Notes: a model not told the origin generated them from the sequence alone. Shown: positions 47,612 to 57,951, counted from the first letter of the stretch. The stretch: DNA of 64,000 bases from an uncultured Gemmatimonadota bacterium (GCA_964571855.1 CAZNDO010000018.1:3886-67885); one strand, 5' to 3'. Numbers and translations are program-made.

Positions 47612-49441
47612 CCGATGATGCACCGAGGACTTTTCCCAGCCAACCCTCGCCTCGCCCGCAACGCGGCGTGGCTCGCGCTGTGTGGCGCGGTGCTGCTGCC
47701 GCTCGCGTGCGCGCCGGGTCCGGCGCTCCGGGGTTCCGGGGCCCCGCCGCTTCGCGTGCTGGTGGCGGCGGCGTCCACGCCGCTCCTCCCGGGGCTGGCC
47801 GGAGACGTGGAGCGGGACCTCGCGCGCGGGATCGCGGCGGGGCTCGGGCGCGAGGCGTTGTTCGTTCCCTGCACAGCGGGGGATCCGCTGGAGCCCCTGC
47901 AGGCGGGCGGCGTGGACCTGGTCGCCACCGGGTTCGAGGCGGCCGGCGATGCCCCGGACGGGGTGGTCTACTCCCTGCCCTACCGGCACGAGGACGCTCC
48001 CGTGGTCCTCGCCCTCAAGGCAGACGACCCCGTGCTCCGGCGCCGCGTGAACGAGATGATCGTGTCCCGGGCCTTCGCCGCGGGCGACCGGGTGCACCGC
48101 GACGATCTGGAGGGCATCCGGAAGCGGGGCTCGCTGCGACTGCTGGCGCTGCCGCACGTGGGCTCCTTCTTCCTGCAGGACGGTGCGCCGCGGGGCTTCG
48201 AGTACGAGCTGCTGCACCGCTTCGCGGAGGAGCAGGGGCTGGCGCTCGAGATCGTGAGCCCGAGGACGCCCGAGGAGCTGACGGAGTGGCTGCTGGCCGG
48301 GCGCGGGGACGTCCTGGCCGCGAACCCCGAGGCGCCGCTGGCCGCGAACGCCCGCATCGCCTCCACGCGCGCGGTCGCGCGGGTGGAGATGGTGGTGGCC
48401 GCCCGGGACGACGATCCGCGCCCGGTGCGCGAGATGGGCGATCTGGCCGGGCGCACGCTGGTGGCGCGCCGTGGCGGGGCCGAGGCCGCGCTGGCCACGC
48501 AGCTGGCCGACGCGGTGGAAGGGCTGACCCTGGAGTGGGCCGACGGGGCGATCGGGTCCACCGCGCTGATCGCCGGCGTGGGCGAGGGACGCTACGACCT
48601 GGCGCTCGTCCCTTCGCACCTGGTCACCGTGGAGCGGCACGCGGGTCGCCGCGTGGACGCGGCGCTGCGGCTCGAGAACGCGGATCTCGTGTGGAGCGTC
48701 CGGGCGTCGAGTCCGAAGCTGCGCACCGCGCTGGACGCGTACCTGGCCCGCGCGTACCGCGGCGCCGAGTACAACGTGCTCTGGCGGAAGTACTTCCGCA
48801 ACGGGCAGGCCGTGGCGCGCGCCGTGCAGCGGCCGGGCCGGCTCTCCCCGTGGGACGGCGAGGTCCGGCACTGGGCGGCCGTGCACGATCTGGACTGGCG
48901 GCTCGTGGTGGCGCTCATGCACCAGGAGTCCCGCTTCCAGCCCGAGGTGGTGAGCCCGTCCGGCGCGGCCGGCCTCATGCAGATCGTGCCCGAGACCGCC
49001 ACCGAGCTGGACCTCGTGGATCTGCACGATCCCGAGGAGTCCATCCGCGCCGGCACGCGCTACCTGCGCTGGCTGCTGGAGCTGTACGACGAGGACCTTT
49101 CGCTCGTGACGCGGCTGCGCTTCGCGCTGGCCAGCTACAACGCGGGCCCCGGCCACGTGGCGGATGCGCGGAAGCTGGCAGCCACGATCGGGCTGGATCC
49201 GGACCGCTGGTACGACCACGTGGAGCGCGCCATGCTGCTGCTGGAGCAGCCCGAGTACTACGCGAACGCGCGGTGCGGCTACTGCCGCGGGTCGGAGACG
49301 GTGCGCTACGTGCGGGAGATCGACCGCCGGTACCGGCTGTACGTGCAGTTCGTGCCTCAGGACGCGCCGGAGTCCTCCCCGGACTCGGGCGCCCTGGCGG
49401 CGCTTCCGGCCGCGCCGGCCGCCCCGTTGCCGCCGGCCTGA
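47612..49441 (+). CDS. mltF: Membrane-bound lytic murein transglycosylase F-like lipoprotein (two SBP_bac_3 domains plus an SLT domain)
   Basis: The lipobox is LPLAC. The SLT catalytic motif is present (LMHQESRFQPEVVSPSGAAGLMQIVPETA). Periplasmic-binding-protein-like repeats are present. The start is chosen at MMHRGLF. Confidence 0.8.
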   Translation, partial: PMMHRGLFPANPRLARNAAWLALCGAVLLPLACAPGPALRGSGAPPLRVLVAAASTPLLPGLAGDVERDLARGIAAGLGREALFVPCTAGDPLEPLQAGGVDLVATGFEAAGDAPDGVVYSLPYRHEDAPVVLALKADDPVLRRRVNEMIVSRAFAAGDRVHRDDLEGIRKRGSLRLLALPHVGSFFLQDGAPRGFEYELLHRFAEEQGLALEIVSPRTPEELTEWLLAGRGDVLAANPEAPLAANARIASTRAVARVEMVVAARDDDPRPVREMGDLAGRTLVARRGGAEAALATQLADAVEGLTLEWADGAIGSTALIAGVGEGRYDLALVPSHLVTVERHAGRRVDAALRLENADLVWSVRASSPKLRTALDAYLARAYRGAEYNVLWRKYFRNGQAVARAVQRPGRLSPWDGEVRHWAAVHDLDWRLVVALMHQESRFQPEVVSPSGAAGLMQIVPETATELDLVDLHDPEESIRAGTRYLRWLLELYDEDLSLVTRLRFALASYNAGPGHVADARKLAATIGLDPDRWYDHVERAMLLLEQPEYYANARCGYCRGSETVRYVREIDRRYRLYVQFVPQDAPESSPDSGALAALPAAPAAPLPPA

Positions 49442-51321
49442 TCCCGCGGCACCACCTCCAGCACCTCGATGGCCGCCGCCACGTTCCCGAACGGCGGCAT
49501 CACGTACACGCCCTGCACCATCGGCATGGCCTCAAGCAGCGCCTCGCGCGCGATCTCGATCCCGGCGGCGCGCGCGTCCTCGGCGGACTCGGCGCGGGCC
49601 AGCCGCTCGAGGATGCGCTCCGGGACCTCCATGCCGGGGACCTCGTTCGTGAGGAACTCGGCGTTGCGATAGCTGCGCAGCGGGAGGATGCCCACGAGCA
49701 GCGGGATCCGGCAGTGCTCCGTGCGCCGGATGAACCGCTCCAGGACGCGCACGTCGTACACGGGCTGCGTCATCACGTACTCGGCGCCGGCCTCCACCTT
49801 GTACTCGAAGCGGCGGATCTCCTCGTCCAGGTTCACGGCGGCGGGGTTCGCGCCCACGCCCAGGTGCAGGGCCGTGCGCTGGTCGATGGGGTTGCCCACG
49901 AGATCCTGCGCCCGGTTCAGCCGGCTCGCGATCTGCAGGAGACCGATGGAGTCCACGTCGAACACCGCGGTGGCCGACGGGTAGTCCCCCAGCTTCGGCG
50001 GGTCCCCGGTGACGATGAGCACGTTGCCCACGCCGAGCGCGCCCATCCCCAGGAGATCGGACTGCATGCCGAGCAGGTTCCGGTCCCGGCAGCAGTAGTG
50101 CAGGATGGTCTCCATCCCCACCTTCGCGGAGGCGAGGACGGCCAGCGCGAGCGAGCTCATGCGCGCGGACGCTCGCGGCCCGTCCGGGATGTTCACCGCA
50201 TCCACGCCGGCGGCCCTCAGCTTCTCGATACGCGCGAGCGCCTTGGCCGGGTCCGGGCTCTTCGGCGGCGAGATCTCCACCGAGCACACGAACCGCCCGG
50301 CCGCGATCTTCGCGCCGAGGCCGGATTTCCGCTCGCGCGGCAGCGGCTCGGCCGCCGGCGCGGGTTCGGCCGTGGCGACCTTCGGGGGCGGCTTCGGGGC
50401 GCGGTAGTCCTCCGGCCGCTGCGCGCGCAGCGCCGCCTTCACCGCGCGGATGTGATCCGGCGTGGTGCCGCAGCAGCCGCCGATGATCCGCACGCCGGCG
50501 CGCAGGAAGCGGCGCGCGTACTTGGCGAAGTACTCCGGCGAGGACAGGTACATGTACCGGCCCTCGACGAGCCGGGGCATCCCGGCGTTCGGCATCACGG
50601 CGAGCGGCCGGTCCGTGGCCTCCCGCATGCGCTCGATGGCGGCCAGCATGGGCTGCGGGCCCACCGAGCAGTTCAAGCCCACCGCGTCGGCGCCCCACTC
50701 GGAGAGGCGGACGGCGATCTTGTCCGGGGCGTCGCCGAACGCGGAGTGCTCCTCGTCGGACACGCTCATCATGGCCACGACCGGCCGGTCGCTCACCTCG
50801 CGGACGGCGCGGATGGCCTCGCGCATCTCCTCCAGGCGGCGGATGGTCTCGAGGACGAAGAAGTCCACGCCGCCCTCCGCCAGCGCCTCGGCCTGCGCGC
50901 GGAAGACCGCGCGGGCCTCGTCGTAGGCGATGCGGCCGAGGGGCTCGATGGGAACGCCCAGGGGGCCCATGGACCCCGCCACGAGCACGTCCTCCCCCGC
51001 CTCGGCGCGGGCCAGGGCCACGCCGGCACGGTTGATCTCCGCCACCCGGGCACCCAGCCCGTGGGGCTCCAGCTTGAAGACGTTCGCCCCGAAGGTGTTG
51101 GTCTCGACGAAGTCCGCGCCGGCCTCGACGTACTCCCGGTGGACCTCCCGCACGAGCTCCGGCTCGGCGAGATTCAGCTCGTCGAAGCAACGGTTGATGA
51201 AGATCCCCTTGGAGTAGAGGCGCGTGCCCATGGCCCCGTCGCCCACGACGGCGCCGCGCGCGATCCTCTCCAGAAGGCCTTCCGCCACGGCGTCTCCCCG
51301 GCTGCGGTGGCGGACCACCAT
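49357..51321 (-). CDS. metF: Bifunctional homocysteine S-methyltransferase-domain / 5,10-methylenetetrahydrofolate reductase protein
   Basis: The N-terminal Hcy-binding domain (GAMGTRLY...GGCCGTTPDHI) and the C-terminal MTHFR domain were recognised. It is 654 aa. Confidence 0.85.
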   Translation of the reverse strand: MVVRHRSRGDAVAEGLLERIARGAVVGDGAMGTRLYSKGIFINRCFDELNLAEPELVREVHREYVEAGADFVETNTFGANVFKLEPHGLGARVAEINRAGVALARAEAGEDVLVAGSMGPLGVPIEPLGRIAYDEARAVFRAQAEALAEGGVDFFVLETIRRLEEMREAIRAVREVSDRPVVAMMSVSDEEHSAFGDAPDKIAVRLSEWGADAVGLNCSVGPQPMLAAIERMREATDRPLAVMPNAGMPRLVEGRYMYLSSPEYFAKYARRFLRAGVRIIGGCCGTTPDHIRAVKAALRAQRPEDYRAPKPPPKVATAEPAPAAEPLPRERKSGLGAKIAAGRFVCSVEISPPKSPDPAKALARIEKLRAAGVDAVNIPDGPRASARMSSLALAVLASAKVGMETILHYCCRDRNLLGMQSDLLGMGALGVGNVLIVTGDPPKLGDYPSATAVFDVDSIGLLQIASRLNRAQDLVGNPIDQRTALHLGVGANPAAVNLDEEIRRFEYKVEAGAEYVMTQPVYDVRVLERFIRRTEHCRIPLLVGILPLRSYRNAEFLTNEVPGMEVPERILERLARAESAEDARAAGIEIAREALLEAMPMVQGVYVMPPFGNVAAAIEVLEVVPRDQAGGNGAAGAAGSAARAPESGEDSGAS

Positions 51322-51518
51322 AGAGCAAAACGCCGCGGCCCGGGGGGGTGATCCGGAACCGCGGCGCGCTGTCTCCCGACTGCTCTTCTCTTCGGAGGTG
51401 GAGCGTGGCTGCGCTTCCGCGCTCCGAATGTGTGTACCCCGGGACCGCGGCCGGGTTCCCGGGGATCGCCGGGGTTCCGGGGTCGGGCGGGGTCAGGTCC
51501 CCTCCGGCCGGCCGGTCG

Positions 51519-53090
51519 TCAGCGGCGGACCAGCACCCGGGCGACCGCCGTGGCCCCGGAGGCGGTCTCCGCCCGGAGGAAGTACACGCCGGGGGCGACC
51601 GGTCGGCCGGCAGCGTCGCGGCCGTCCCAGGCCACTTCCCCCGGCCCGCGGTCGTACCGCCCCCGGGCGAGGGTGGCCACGCGGCGGCCGGCGGCGTCGT
51701 GCACGGTGAAGTGGACGGCGGCGGCCTCCGGCAGCGCGAACGACAGCCGCGTGCCGGCGGCGGTCGGATTCGGGGCCGCCGTCAGGGTCATCCGCGACGG
51801 GTGCGCGGCCGGATCGTCCTCCCGCGCGGCCGGGGCCGGCGCCCGCTCGCGGACCTCGAACTCGTACAGGTGCGCCTCGTACGCCGCGAAGGAATCGGTG
51901 ATGCGCCCGCCCCGGATGGCGAGCGCGCGATCCTCGTGCACGACGACGGCGCGACCGTGGGGCCGCCGCGGGAGTTCGAACGTCACGTCCCCCGCGAAGC
52001 CGTTGCGCGACACGGCCACGAGCAGCGCGCTCCGGCCCGGGCCCTGCAGCACGCGGAAGTCCACCTCCGGCTCGCTGCACGACGCGCCCGGCAGGTCGGT
52101 CCCCACGAGGTACGGCGTGAGCGCCGCCACCTCCGACACGACCTGTCGGGTGATCGGCCAGTTCTCCTCTCCTCCGCCCAGCGCGTGGTACCAGGTCCAC
52201 CCGGCCCAGAAGATCCCCGTGGCCCCGTGCACCACGCTGGCCCACGCCTCCCAGCGCGCCTCCTTGAGCGGGATGCCCTTGTGCGCCTGGACGATCATCC
52301 ACAGCGGCTGCCCCGGGAGGTTCAGCTCCGAAAGGAAGAGGTCCGCCGCGGTGACCAGCCGATCCATCGGGCAGTCGGGATAGCCGAGCACGTTGAACGC
52401 GGTGCACGTTCCCGGCCCGGCCGGGTACGGGTAGCTCGCGAACATCACGACGTCCGTGGCGGTGGCGTAGGAGCCCACGTCCTGCTTCCAGTGCTCCAGG
52501 CTGCTGTCCGCCTGCGCGGGGGCATGGTTCATCGCGACCAGCGCGGACGGCGCGGCGGCGCGGAGTTGCGGATAGGTGTCGCGGACGTGCGCCTCGTCGA
52601 TGTCGCCGATCATGTCGCGGCTGATCGTCCACGACGGCTCATCCCGATTCGCGAACGCCACGACGCGCCCGGGATGCGCGGCGGCGCAGTCCAGCAGCGC
52701 GTCCAGCTCCGCCGTCTCGTACATCCGCTGATCCACCTCCAGCTCCGGCGTGCCGGGATCGTCCCAGTTCCACGTGTCCCCCGAGCCCACCAGCAGGTGC
52801 CACCCGCCCGCCTCGGCGGCCGCCAGCACGGCGGCGCAGGACGGCGTGGTGTCCGCGTACGCGATCTCGATGTCCCAGACGAAGTTCGCGCCGGACTCCG
52901 CGATGCGCGCCTCCCAGTCCGGATACCGCGGGCTGCCGAGATCCACGAGGCCCACCGGGAAGACCGGGGCGCCGTCGATCTCGAGCAGACCATCCGGGCG
53001 GATGGACGCCCCCTGCGCCGGGAATGCCGATGCCACCGCCACGGCCACCACGATGGCGGCGCGCGGAACGCGGGGAGACGACCGGGACAT
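51519..53090 (-). CDS. Secreted hypothetical protein (possibly a TIM-barrel glycoside-hydrolase-like fold) with a C-terminal sorting-type domain
   Basis: The signal peptide is MSRSSPRVPRAAIVVAVAVASAFPAQGAS. The C-terminal tail is LTAAPNPTAAGTRLSFALP...GVYFLRAETASG...RVLVRR. The start is chosen at the ATG beginning the signal peptide. Confidence 0.6.
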   Translation of the reverse strand: MSRSSPRVPRAAIVVAVAVASAFPAQGASIRPDGLLEIDGAPVFPVGLVDLGSPRYPDWEARIAESGANFVWDIEIAYADTTPSCAAVLAAAEAGGWHLLVGSGDTWNWDDPGTPELEVDQRMYETAELDALLDCAAAHPGRVVAFANRDEPSWTISRDMIGDIDEAHVRDTYPQLRAAAPSALVAMNHAPAQADSSLEHWKQDVGSYATATDVVMFASYPYPAGPGTCTAFNVLGYPDCPMDRLVTAADLFLSELNLPGQPLWMIVQAHKGIPLKEARWEAWASVVHGATGIFWAGWTWYHALGGGEENWPITRQVVSEVAALTPYLVGTDLPGASCSEPEVDFRVLQGPGRSALLVAVSRNGFAGDVTFELPRRPHGRAVVVHEDRALAIRGGRITDSFAAYEAHLYEFEVRERAPAPAAREDDPAAHPSRMTLTAAPNPTAAGTRLSFALPEAAAVHFTVHDAAGRRVATLARGRYDRGPGEVAWDGRDAAGRPVAPGVYFLRAETASGATAVARVLVRR

Positions 53091-53404
53091 GGCGGCGACT
53101 CCGGCGGGGGATGGGGTCGCGGGATGCGGCGCGGGGATCGCGCGTCGAGGCCCGGATGGTAGGACGCGCCCGCGGGCGGGATCAACCCCGGGACACCGGA
53201 CGGACGAAGGGGCCCCGAGGCCCCGGAGCGGCATCGACCCACCCGTCGCCGCTTGGCCGAGCCCCGGCAGCCCCCCGCCGTTTACGGACTCGGAGCCGTC
53301 TCTCCCAGTACCGGAGGCCTTCGGGGTCTCCGAACCAGGACCGCACCACCCGTCACCACACCACGAGCGGCCCCGAGTCACACCTGTGGAACGCGCGCTC
53401 CTCC

Positions 53405-53887
53405 CTACCTCCGCCAGAGGGTCCCGGTGCGGCGGCCGGGACGCCCGTCCGCGCCGTTCTCCGGGAACATCAGCTTCTCCACGTCCTCCAGTTCGGTGGC
53501 CAGCCGCCGCAGGCGCCGCGGGGTCACCTCTCCCCGCTCCAGCGCGTCCAGCAGGCGACCCGCGCCGGCCAGCGGCACGCGGCGCAGCGTCTCGCGGCCC
53601 CGGCGCGTGAGGTCCGTGGGGACCTTCCGCCGGTCCTCCGCGCTGCGGACGCGGGAGATGAGACCGAGTTCCGTGAGCCGCTCGAAGCGGCTCTGCATGG
53701 TGGGCACCGAGACGCCCAGCTTGCGCGCCAGCTCCACCATCGTGGCCCCCGGGTCCCCCTCCAGCAACCGGAGCACGAGCAGCAGCGGCGGGGACAGCCT
53801 CTGCCGCCGCAGCGTGCGCCGGTAGTCCTCGCGCCGGTCGCCCAGGCGCTCCACCCCGTTCACGATATGGATAATCTCGTTTCTCAT
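53405..53887 (-). CDS. MarR-family transcriptional regulator
   Basis: The winged-helix region is PLLLVLRLLEGDPGATMVELARKLGVSVPTMQSRFERLTELGLISR, at ~160 aa. Confidence 0.85.
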   Translation of the reverse strand: MRNEIIHIVNGVERLGDRREDYRRTLRRQRLSPPLLLVLRLLEGDPGATMVELARKLGVSVPTMQSRFERLTELGLISRVRSAEDRRKVPTDLTRRGRETLRRVPLAGAGRLLDALERGEVTPRRLRRLATELEDVEKLMFPENGADGRPGRRTGTLWRR

Positions 53888-53926
53888 ACGGTATGGGATT
53901 ATCCGCACTTCATAGTATGGCGCAAC

Positions 53927-53965
53927 AAAAAAAGCGGGCCGGAGGACGAAAATCCTCCGGCCCGC
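53927..53965 (-). terminator. Rho-independent terminator for the minus-strand secreted-protein gene ending at 53991
   Basis: On the minus strand it reads GCGGGCCGGAGGA-ttttcg-TCCTCCGGCCCGC followed by a run of seven T. The 13-bp GC stem and U-tract were read directly. Confidence 0.75.
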
Positions 53966-53990
53966 CGGCGCGCCCGTTCCGCGGGTGGGC

Positions 53991-55424
53991 TCAGGGCGCC
54001 ACGGTGATCCTCGCCGCCGCCGTGCGGCCCGCCGCCTCCAGGCGCGCGAAGTACACGCCCGCGGCCACGGGGCGGCCCGCCTCGTCGCGGCCGTCCCACG
54101 ACAGCTCCGCCGCCCCCGTGGCGGACGTCCGGGAGCCCAGCTCCCGCACGCTTCGCCCCGCCGCGTCCACGATGCGCGCGGACGCCGCCGCGCCGGCCGG
54201 CAGGCGGGCCGCGAGCAGGACCGGCGACCCGCGCCGCACCGGATTCGGCCGCGCCGGCCCGAGCGACACCACGGGCGCCTCCTGCGGCGCCGCCGGCACC
54301 GCGACGGCCGCGGCATTCGCCGCCGCCGGCGCCGCGCCGTCGTCCTCGAGCAGCTCCATCACGTACAGGCCACCCCCGATGTCGGACGCCACGAAGAGCC
54401 CCGGCGAGTCCGGGTAGTACGGGAACACGCCCCAGCAGCCCGCGAACGCCGGGATGTCGCCGCGCGGGAACGTGTCGTACCAGGCCACTTCCCGCATGTC
54501 CGCCGGGTCCGACACGTCCACGATCCGCACGCCCGCCGTGTACCAGGACACGTAGGCCAGCCGCCCCTTCACGTGGACGTTGTGCGGGATGCAGTACCGG
54601 CCGTTCGGCGGCTGCCACAGCCCGGCGAACTGCGGCGCGGCCGGATCCGAGATGTCCCACGCGCGCAGGCTGGCGCCGGAGCGCTCGTCCGTGGTGAGCA
54701 CGTGCACGCCGTCGCCGACCGGCCACGCGTTGTGCGTGAAGGCGCCCGGGTACGGCCCCACCTGGCCGAGGATCGCCGGCGTGGCCGGCGTGGAGACGTC
54801 CAGGAGGAAGAGTCGCGTCGCGTTGATGGCGGACACGTACGCCACGCCGTCCGCGGCGTAGACGTCGTGGGCGTACGCGCCGTCCCATCGCCCCGCCACC
54901 GTGGGCGCGGCCGGCGGCGCGAGATCCAGGATGAGGATGCCGCCCGTGCGGTCCCGCCCGGCGATGTACGCGCGCGCCGCCGCCTCGTCGATGTACAGGT
55001 TGTGCGCCGTGGTGAAGCCGCCCACCGTGGCGGCCGGCTGCGGCGCGGACGGGTCCGCGATGTTCACGACCTGCAGCCCGCCCCCGGCCTCGTTCACGAC
55101 GTACATGTACGAACCGTACGTCTTGATGTCCCGCCAGGCGGAGCCGGGCCCGGGAACGAACGACACCTCCACGGGCCGCCGGCGGTCCGTGATGTCGATC
55201 ACCGCCACGCCGTCGTACGCGCCGAGCAGCGCGTACTCCCGCCCGTCGGGCGCGGTCCAGCCCCAGATGTCGCTGTAGCTCGAGTGCTGGTCGAGGACCC
55301 CGTGGAGGGCGACGTTCTCCGCCGGGAAGCGCTCGGCACGGACCTCGGACGGCCCGGCGGACGCGGGAACGGGAAACACGACGGCGCCCAGTGCGGCGGC
55401 GCCGAGAACAGCCGGCCGGAACAT
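53991..55424 (-). CDS. Secreted beta-propeller protein of the choice-of-anchor-B / LVIVD-repeat type with a C-terminal sorting-type domain (paralog 1)
   Basis: It has a signal peptide and the conserved blocks YSDIWGWT, WRDIKTYG, AHNLYID, AFTHNAW and IPHN.H. The tail is ...AGVYFARLEAAGRTAAARITVAP. Confidence 0.7.
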   Translation of the reverse strand: MFRPAVLGAAALGAVVFPVPASAGPSEVRAERFPAENVALHGVLDQHSSYSDIWGWTAPDGREYALLGAYDGVAVIDITDRRRPVEVSFVPGPGSAWRDIKTYGSYMYVVNEAGGGLQVVNIADPSAPQPAATVGGFTTAHNLYIDEAAARAYIAGRDRTGGILILDLAPPAAPTVAGRWDGAYAHDVYAADGVAYVSAINATRLFLLDVSTPATPAILGQVGPYPGAFTHNAWPVGDGVHVLTTDERSGASLRAWDISDPAAPQFAGLWQPPNGRYCIPHNVHVKGRLAYVSWYTAGVRIVDVSDPADMREVAWYDTFPRGDIPAFAGCWGVFPYYPDSPGLFVASDIGGGLYVMELLEDDGAAPAAANAAAVAVPAAPQEAPVVSLGPARPNPVRRGSPVLLAARLPAGAAASARIVDAAGRSVRELGSRTSATGAAELSWDGRDEAGRPVAAGVYFARLEAAGRTAAARITVAP

Positions 55425-55530
55425 CGATGCCTCCGATCCGCGGAAACGAAGGGGACCCGCCCCACGGCGGGGCGGGTCCCGGGACTTTCCCGTCGGAGGC
55501 GGGCGATCGCAACCGCCCGCGCGCCCGGAC

Positions 55531-57951
55531 CTACCGGATCACGAGGATTTTACGAGTCCGCTCCTCCGCGCCGGCGCGAACCCGGAGGAAGTACACCCCG
55601 GCCGCTCCCGGCCGCCCGTCGCTGCCGCCGCCATCCCAGACCAGCCGGTGGCGGCCGGCCTCCATCGCCCCGTCCGCCAGGGTGGCCACCCGGCGCCCCA
55701 GGACGTCGTGGATCTCGGCCACGACGCGCTCCCGCGCGGGCAGCGCGAGGTCCAGCGCCGCCGACTCGCCGGCGCGCAGGGGGTTCGGGAACGGCGCGGA
55801 CAGCGCGAACCGGTGCACGCCGCCGTCCAGGACCGGCACCCCGGTGGGAACCGTGTCCGGACCGTCGTAGATCATGAAGTCGTCGATCAGCGCCTCGGTG
55901 ATGGATCCGTCCGCCGTGTCGCGCGCGGTGAACTGGAACCGCGTGAGGTTCGACGGCGTGATCAGGGACAGCAGCGGGACGTCCACGTTCAGCCAGCCGT
56001 CCGTGGAGGAGGTCTGCTCGTGCAGGACGACCCACGAGCCGCCGCCGTTCGTGGACACCCGAACGGTGAAGACGTCCGTGGACGGATTGCTGAGGATGCC
56101 GCTCGTGTACCACAGGCGGAACGTGACATGCGGGTCCGCGGCGCCGGCGAGCGCGAAGCTGGGCGAGAGGAGCACGGTCTCCCCGCCGTCCACGTCGTTC
56201 GAGCCCACCGTGACCCCGGCCGACGCGCCGGTGACCCAGCACAGCGTGCCCCCGCCGGGCGTGAAGTCGTCCCCGGGCTGCACGACCTGCGTGCCGGAGA
56301 GCGTCTGCTGCGGGTCCGCCCGCTCCCAGGCCCCGCTGGACACCGTCCCGGAGACCGACCAGCCCGGGTACGGATCCTGGAACGTGTCGGCCACGATGGC
56401 GGGGTTCAGCGGGAAGTCCATCGTCAGCGACCCGCCGACGTTCACGTCCACCGTGCCCTCCATCGGGTTGAAGCCGAAGGCGTCGGCGCGGATGCCGTAC
56501 ATGCCGGCCGGGATCGCGTTGTGGTCGTAGACCCCGGAGGCGTCCGAGGCCTTCACGAGGGGTGTTCCCACGACCGTCACCTGCGCGTTCTGGATCGGCA
56601 GCGACGTGAGCGCCTCCGTGACGGTGCCCGACACCGCGCCCGAGGGCAGCAGCGTGAGCTCCACGTCCAGCGGCGTGACGATGCTGGAGACGATCGTGGC
56701 CGGCACCAGCTCGGTCTCGTACCCGAACGCGCTCACCTCCAGCGTGACCGCGCCGGGCAGGTCGTCGAGCGAGTACGCGCCCGCGGCGTCGCTCTGGACG
56801 GACACGCCGGTCTCCACCACCTCGACCGTGGCCCCCGCGATCTTGACCGCGGGCTCGGACGCGCGCCGCACCTCGCCGGCCACGGTGCCGAGCGCGCCCT
56901 TGAACTCCAGGACGTACAGCCCGTTCGAGATGTCCGAGGCCAGCAGCAGGTCCGGGTTCGTCACGAAGAAGGGGAACGCGCCCCAGCAGCCGTCGTACGT
57001 GCTTCCGTCGTCCGCCGCCCACGTGTCGTACGCGCCCACTTCCACGAGATCGAAAGGATCGGACACGTCCACGATCTTCACGCCGAGCGTGTAGTAGGAG
57101 ATGTACGCGTAGTCGCCCTCGATGTGCGTGTTGTGCGGGATCGTGGTGTTGTTCGGCCGGTACGAGTCCGTCTGCTGCAGGGTGGGCAGCGTGGAGAGGT
57201 CCCACATGCGGCAGGAGGAGGCGCTGGTCTCGTCCGTGGTCATCACGTACAGCCCGTCCGGCGTGGGCCACGCGTTGTGCGTGAACGCCGCCGGATAGCC
57301 CTCCGCGGTGCCGAGCGGCGGCGGGATGCTCGCCGGGTTCGTCACGTCCAGCACGTACAGGCGGTCCACGTTGATCGCGCTGCCGAAGAGCCGGCCGTTC
57401 TGCACCTGCACGTCGTGGAAGTACGCGGTCTCCCAGCTCCCGATCTCCACCGGGGCCGTCGGGTTCGCCAGGCTCAGGATGCGCGTGCCGCCGATCCCGA
57501 TGTTCGAGCCCGCGGTGTACAGCCGTCCCGTGGTCGTATCGATGTACAGGTTGTGGGCGCGGCTGAACCCGCCCGCCGTGTAGGCGCCGGCCGCCACCGG
57601 GCTCTCCGGGTTCGACAGGTCGACGATGGCGATGCCGCCGGACGTCTCGTTCGTGACGTACGCGTAGTGCCCGTAGGTCTTGATGTCGCGCCACGTGGAC
57701 GTGGCCCCCGGCAGGAAGCCCGTCTCGTACGGCGCGCCCGGATCGGACACGTTGATGACGGCGAGGCCGGTGGTGCACCCGAGCAGCGCGTACTCGGCGC
57801 CGTTCGGGGCGGTGTAGCCCCACACGTCGTTGTACGCCGGGTGGTCGTCCACGCGGGCGTGGAAGATCACGTTGAACGTGGGACCCGCCTGGGTGGCGCC
57901 GGCGAGGAGCAGGAGGAGGAGCGCGGACGGGGGGAGGTGGCGAGCGGACAT
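55531..57951 (-). CDS. Secreted choice-of-anchor-B-like beta-propeller protein with central carboxypeptidase-regulatory-like / beta-sandwich domains and a C-terminal sorting-type domain (paralog 2)
   Basis: The signal peptide is MSARHLPPSALLLLLLAGATQAG. It has the same conserved blocks as paralog 1, and the tail is ...AGVYFLRVRAGAEERTRKILVIR. The start is chosen at the ATG beginning the signal peptide within the 1627-aa ORF. Confidence 0.7.
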   Translation of the reverse strand: MSARHLPPSALLLLLLAGATQAGPTFNVIFHARVDDHPAYNDVWGYTAPNGAEYALLGCTTGLAVINVSDPGAPYETGFLPGATSTWRDIKTYGHYAYVTNETSGGIAIVDLSNPESPVAAGAYTAGGFSRAHNLYIDTTTGRLYTAGSNIGIGGTRILSLANPTAPVEIGSWETAYFHDVQVQNGRLFGSAINVDRLYVLDVTNPASIPPPLGTAEGYPAAFTHNAWPTPDGLYVMTTDETSASSCRMWDLSTLPTLQQTDSYRPNNTTIPHNTHIEGDYAYISYYTLGVKIVDVSDPFDLVEVGAYDTWAADDGSTYDGCWGAFPFFVTNPDLLLASDISNGLYVLEFKGALGTVAGEVRRASEPAVKIAGATVEVVETGVSVQSDAAGAYSLDDLPGAVTLEVSAFGYETELVPATIVSSIVTPLDVELTLLPSGAVSGTVTEALTSLPIQNAQVTVVGTPLVKASDASGVYDHNAIPAGMYGIRADAFGFNPMEGTVDVNVGGSLTMDFPLNPAIVADTFQDPYPGWSVSGTVSSGAWERADPQQTLSGTQVVQPGDDFTPGGGTLCWVTGASAGVTVGSNDVDGGETVLLSPSFALAGAADPHVTFRLWYTSGILSNPSTDVFTVRVSTNGGGSWVVLHEQTSSTDGWLNVDVPLLSLITPSNLTRFQFTARDTADGSITEALIDDFMIYDGPDTVPTGVPVLDGGVHRFALSAPFPNPLRAGESAALDLALPARERVVAEIHDVLGRRVATLADGAMEAGRHRLVWDGGGSDGRPGAAGVYFLRVRAGAEERTRKILVIR

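Noticed and set aside
53405-54316. 303-aa minus-strand ORF extending MarR upstream across the terminator
   Set aside because: The upstream 140 codons are Arg-rich antisense of the terminator and of the gene end. The MarR domain starts at the internal ATG (MRNEIIHIV), which gives a canonical ~160-aa regulator.
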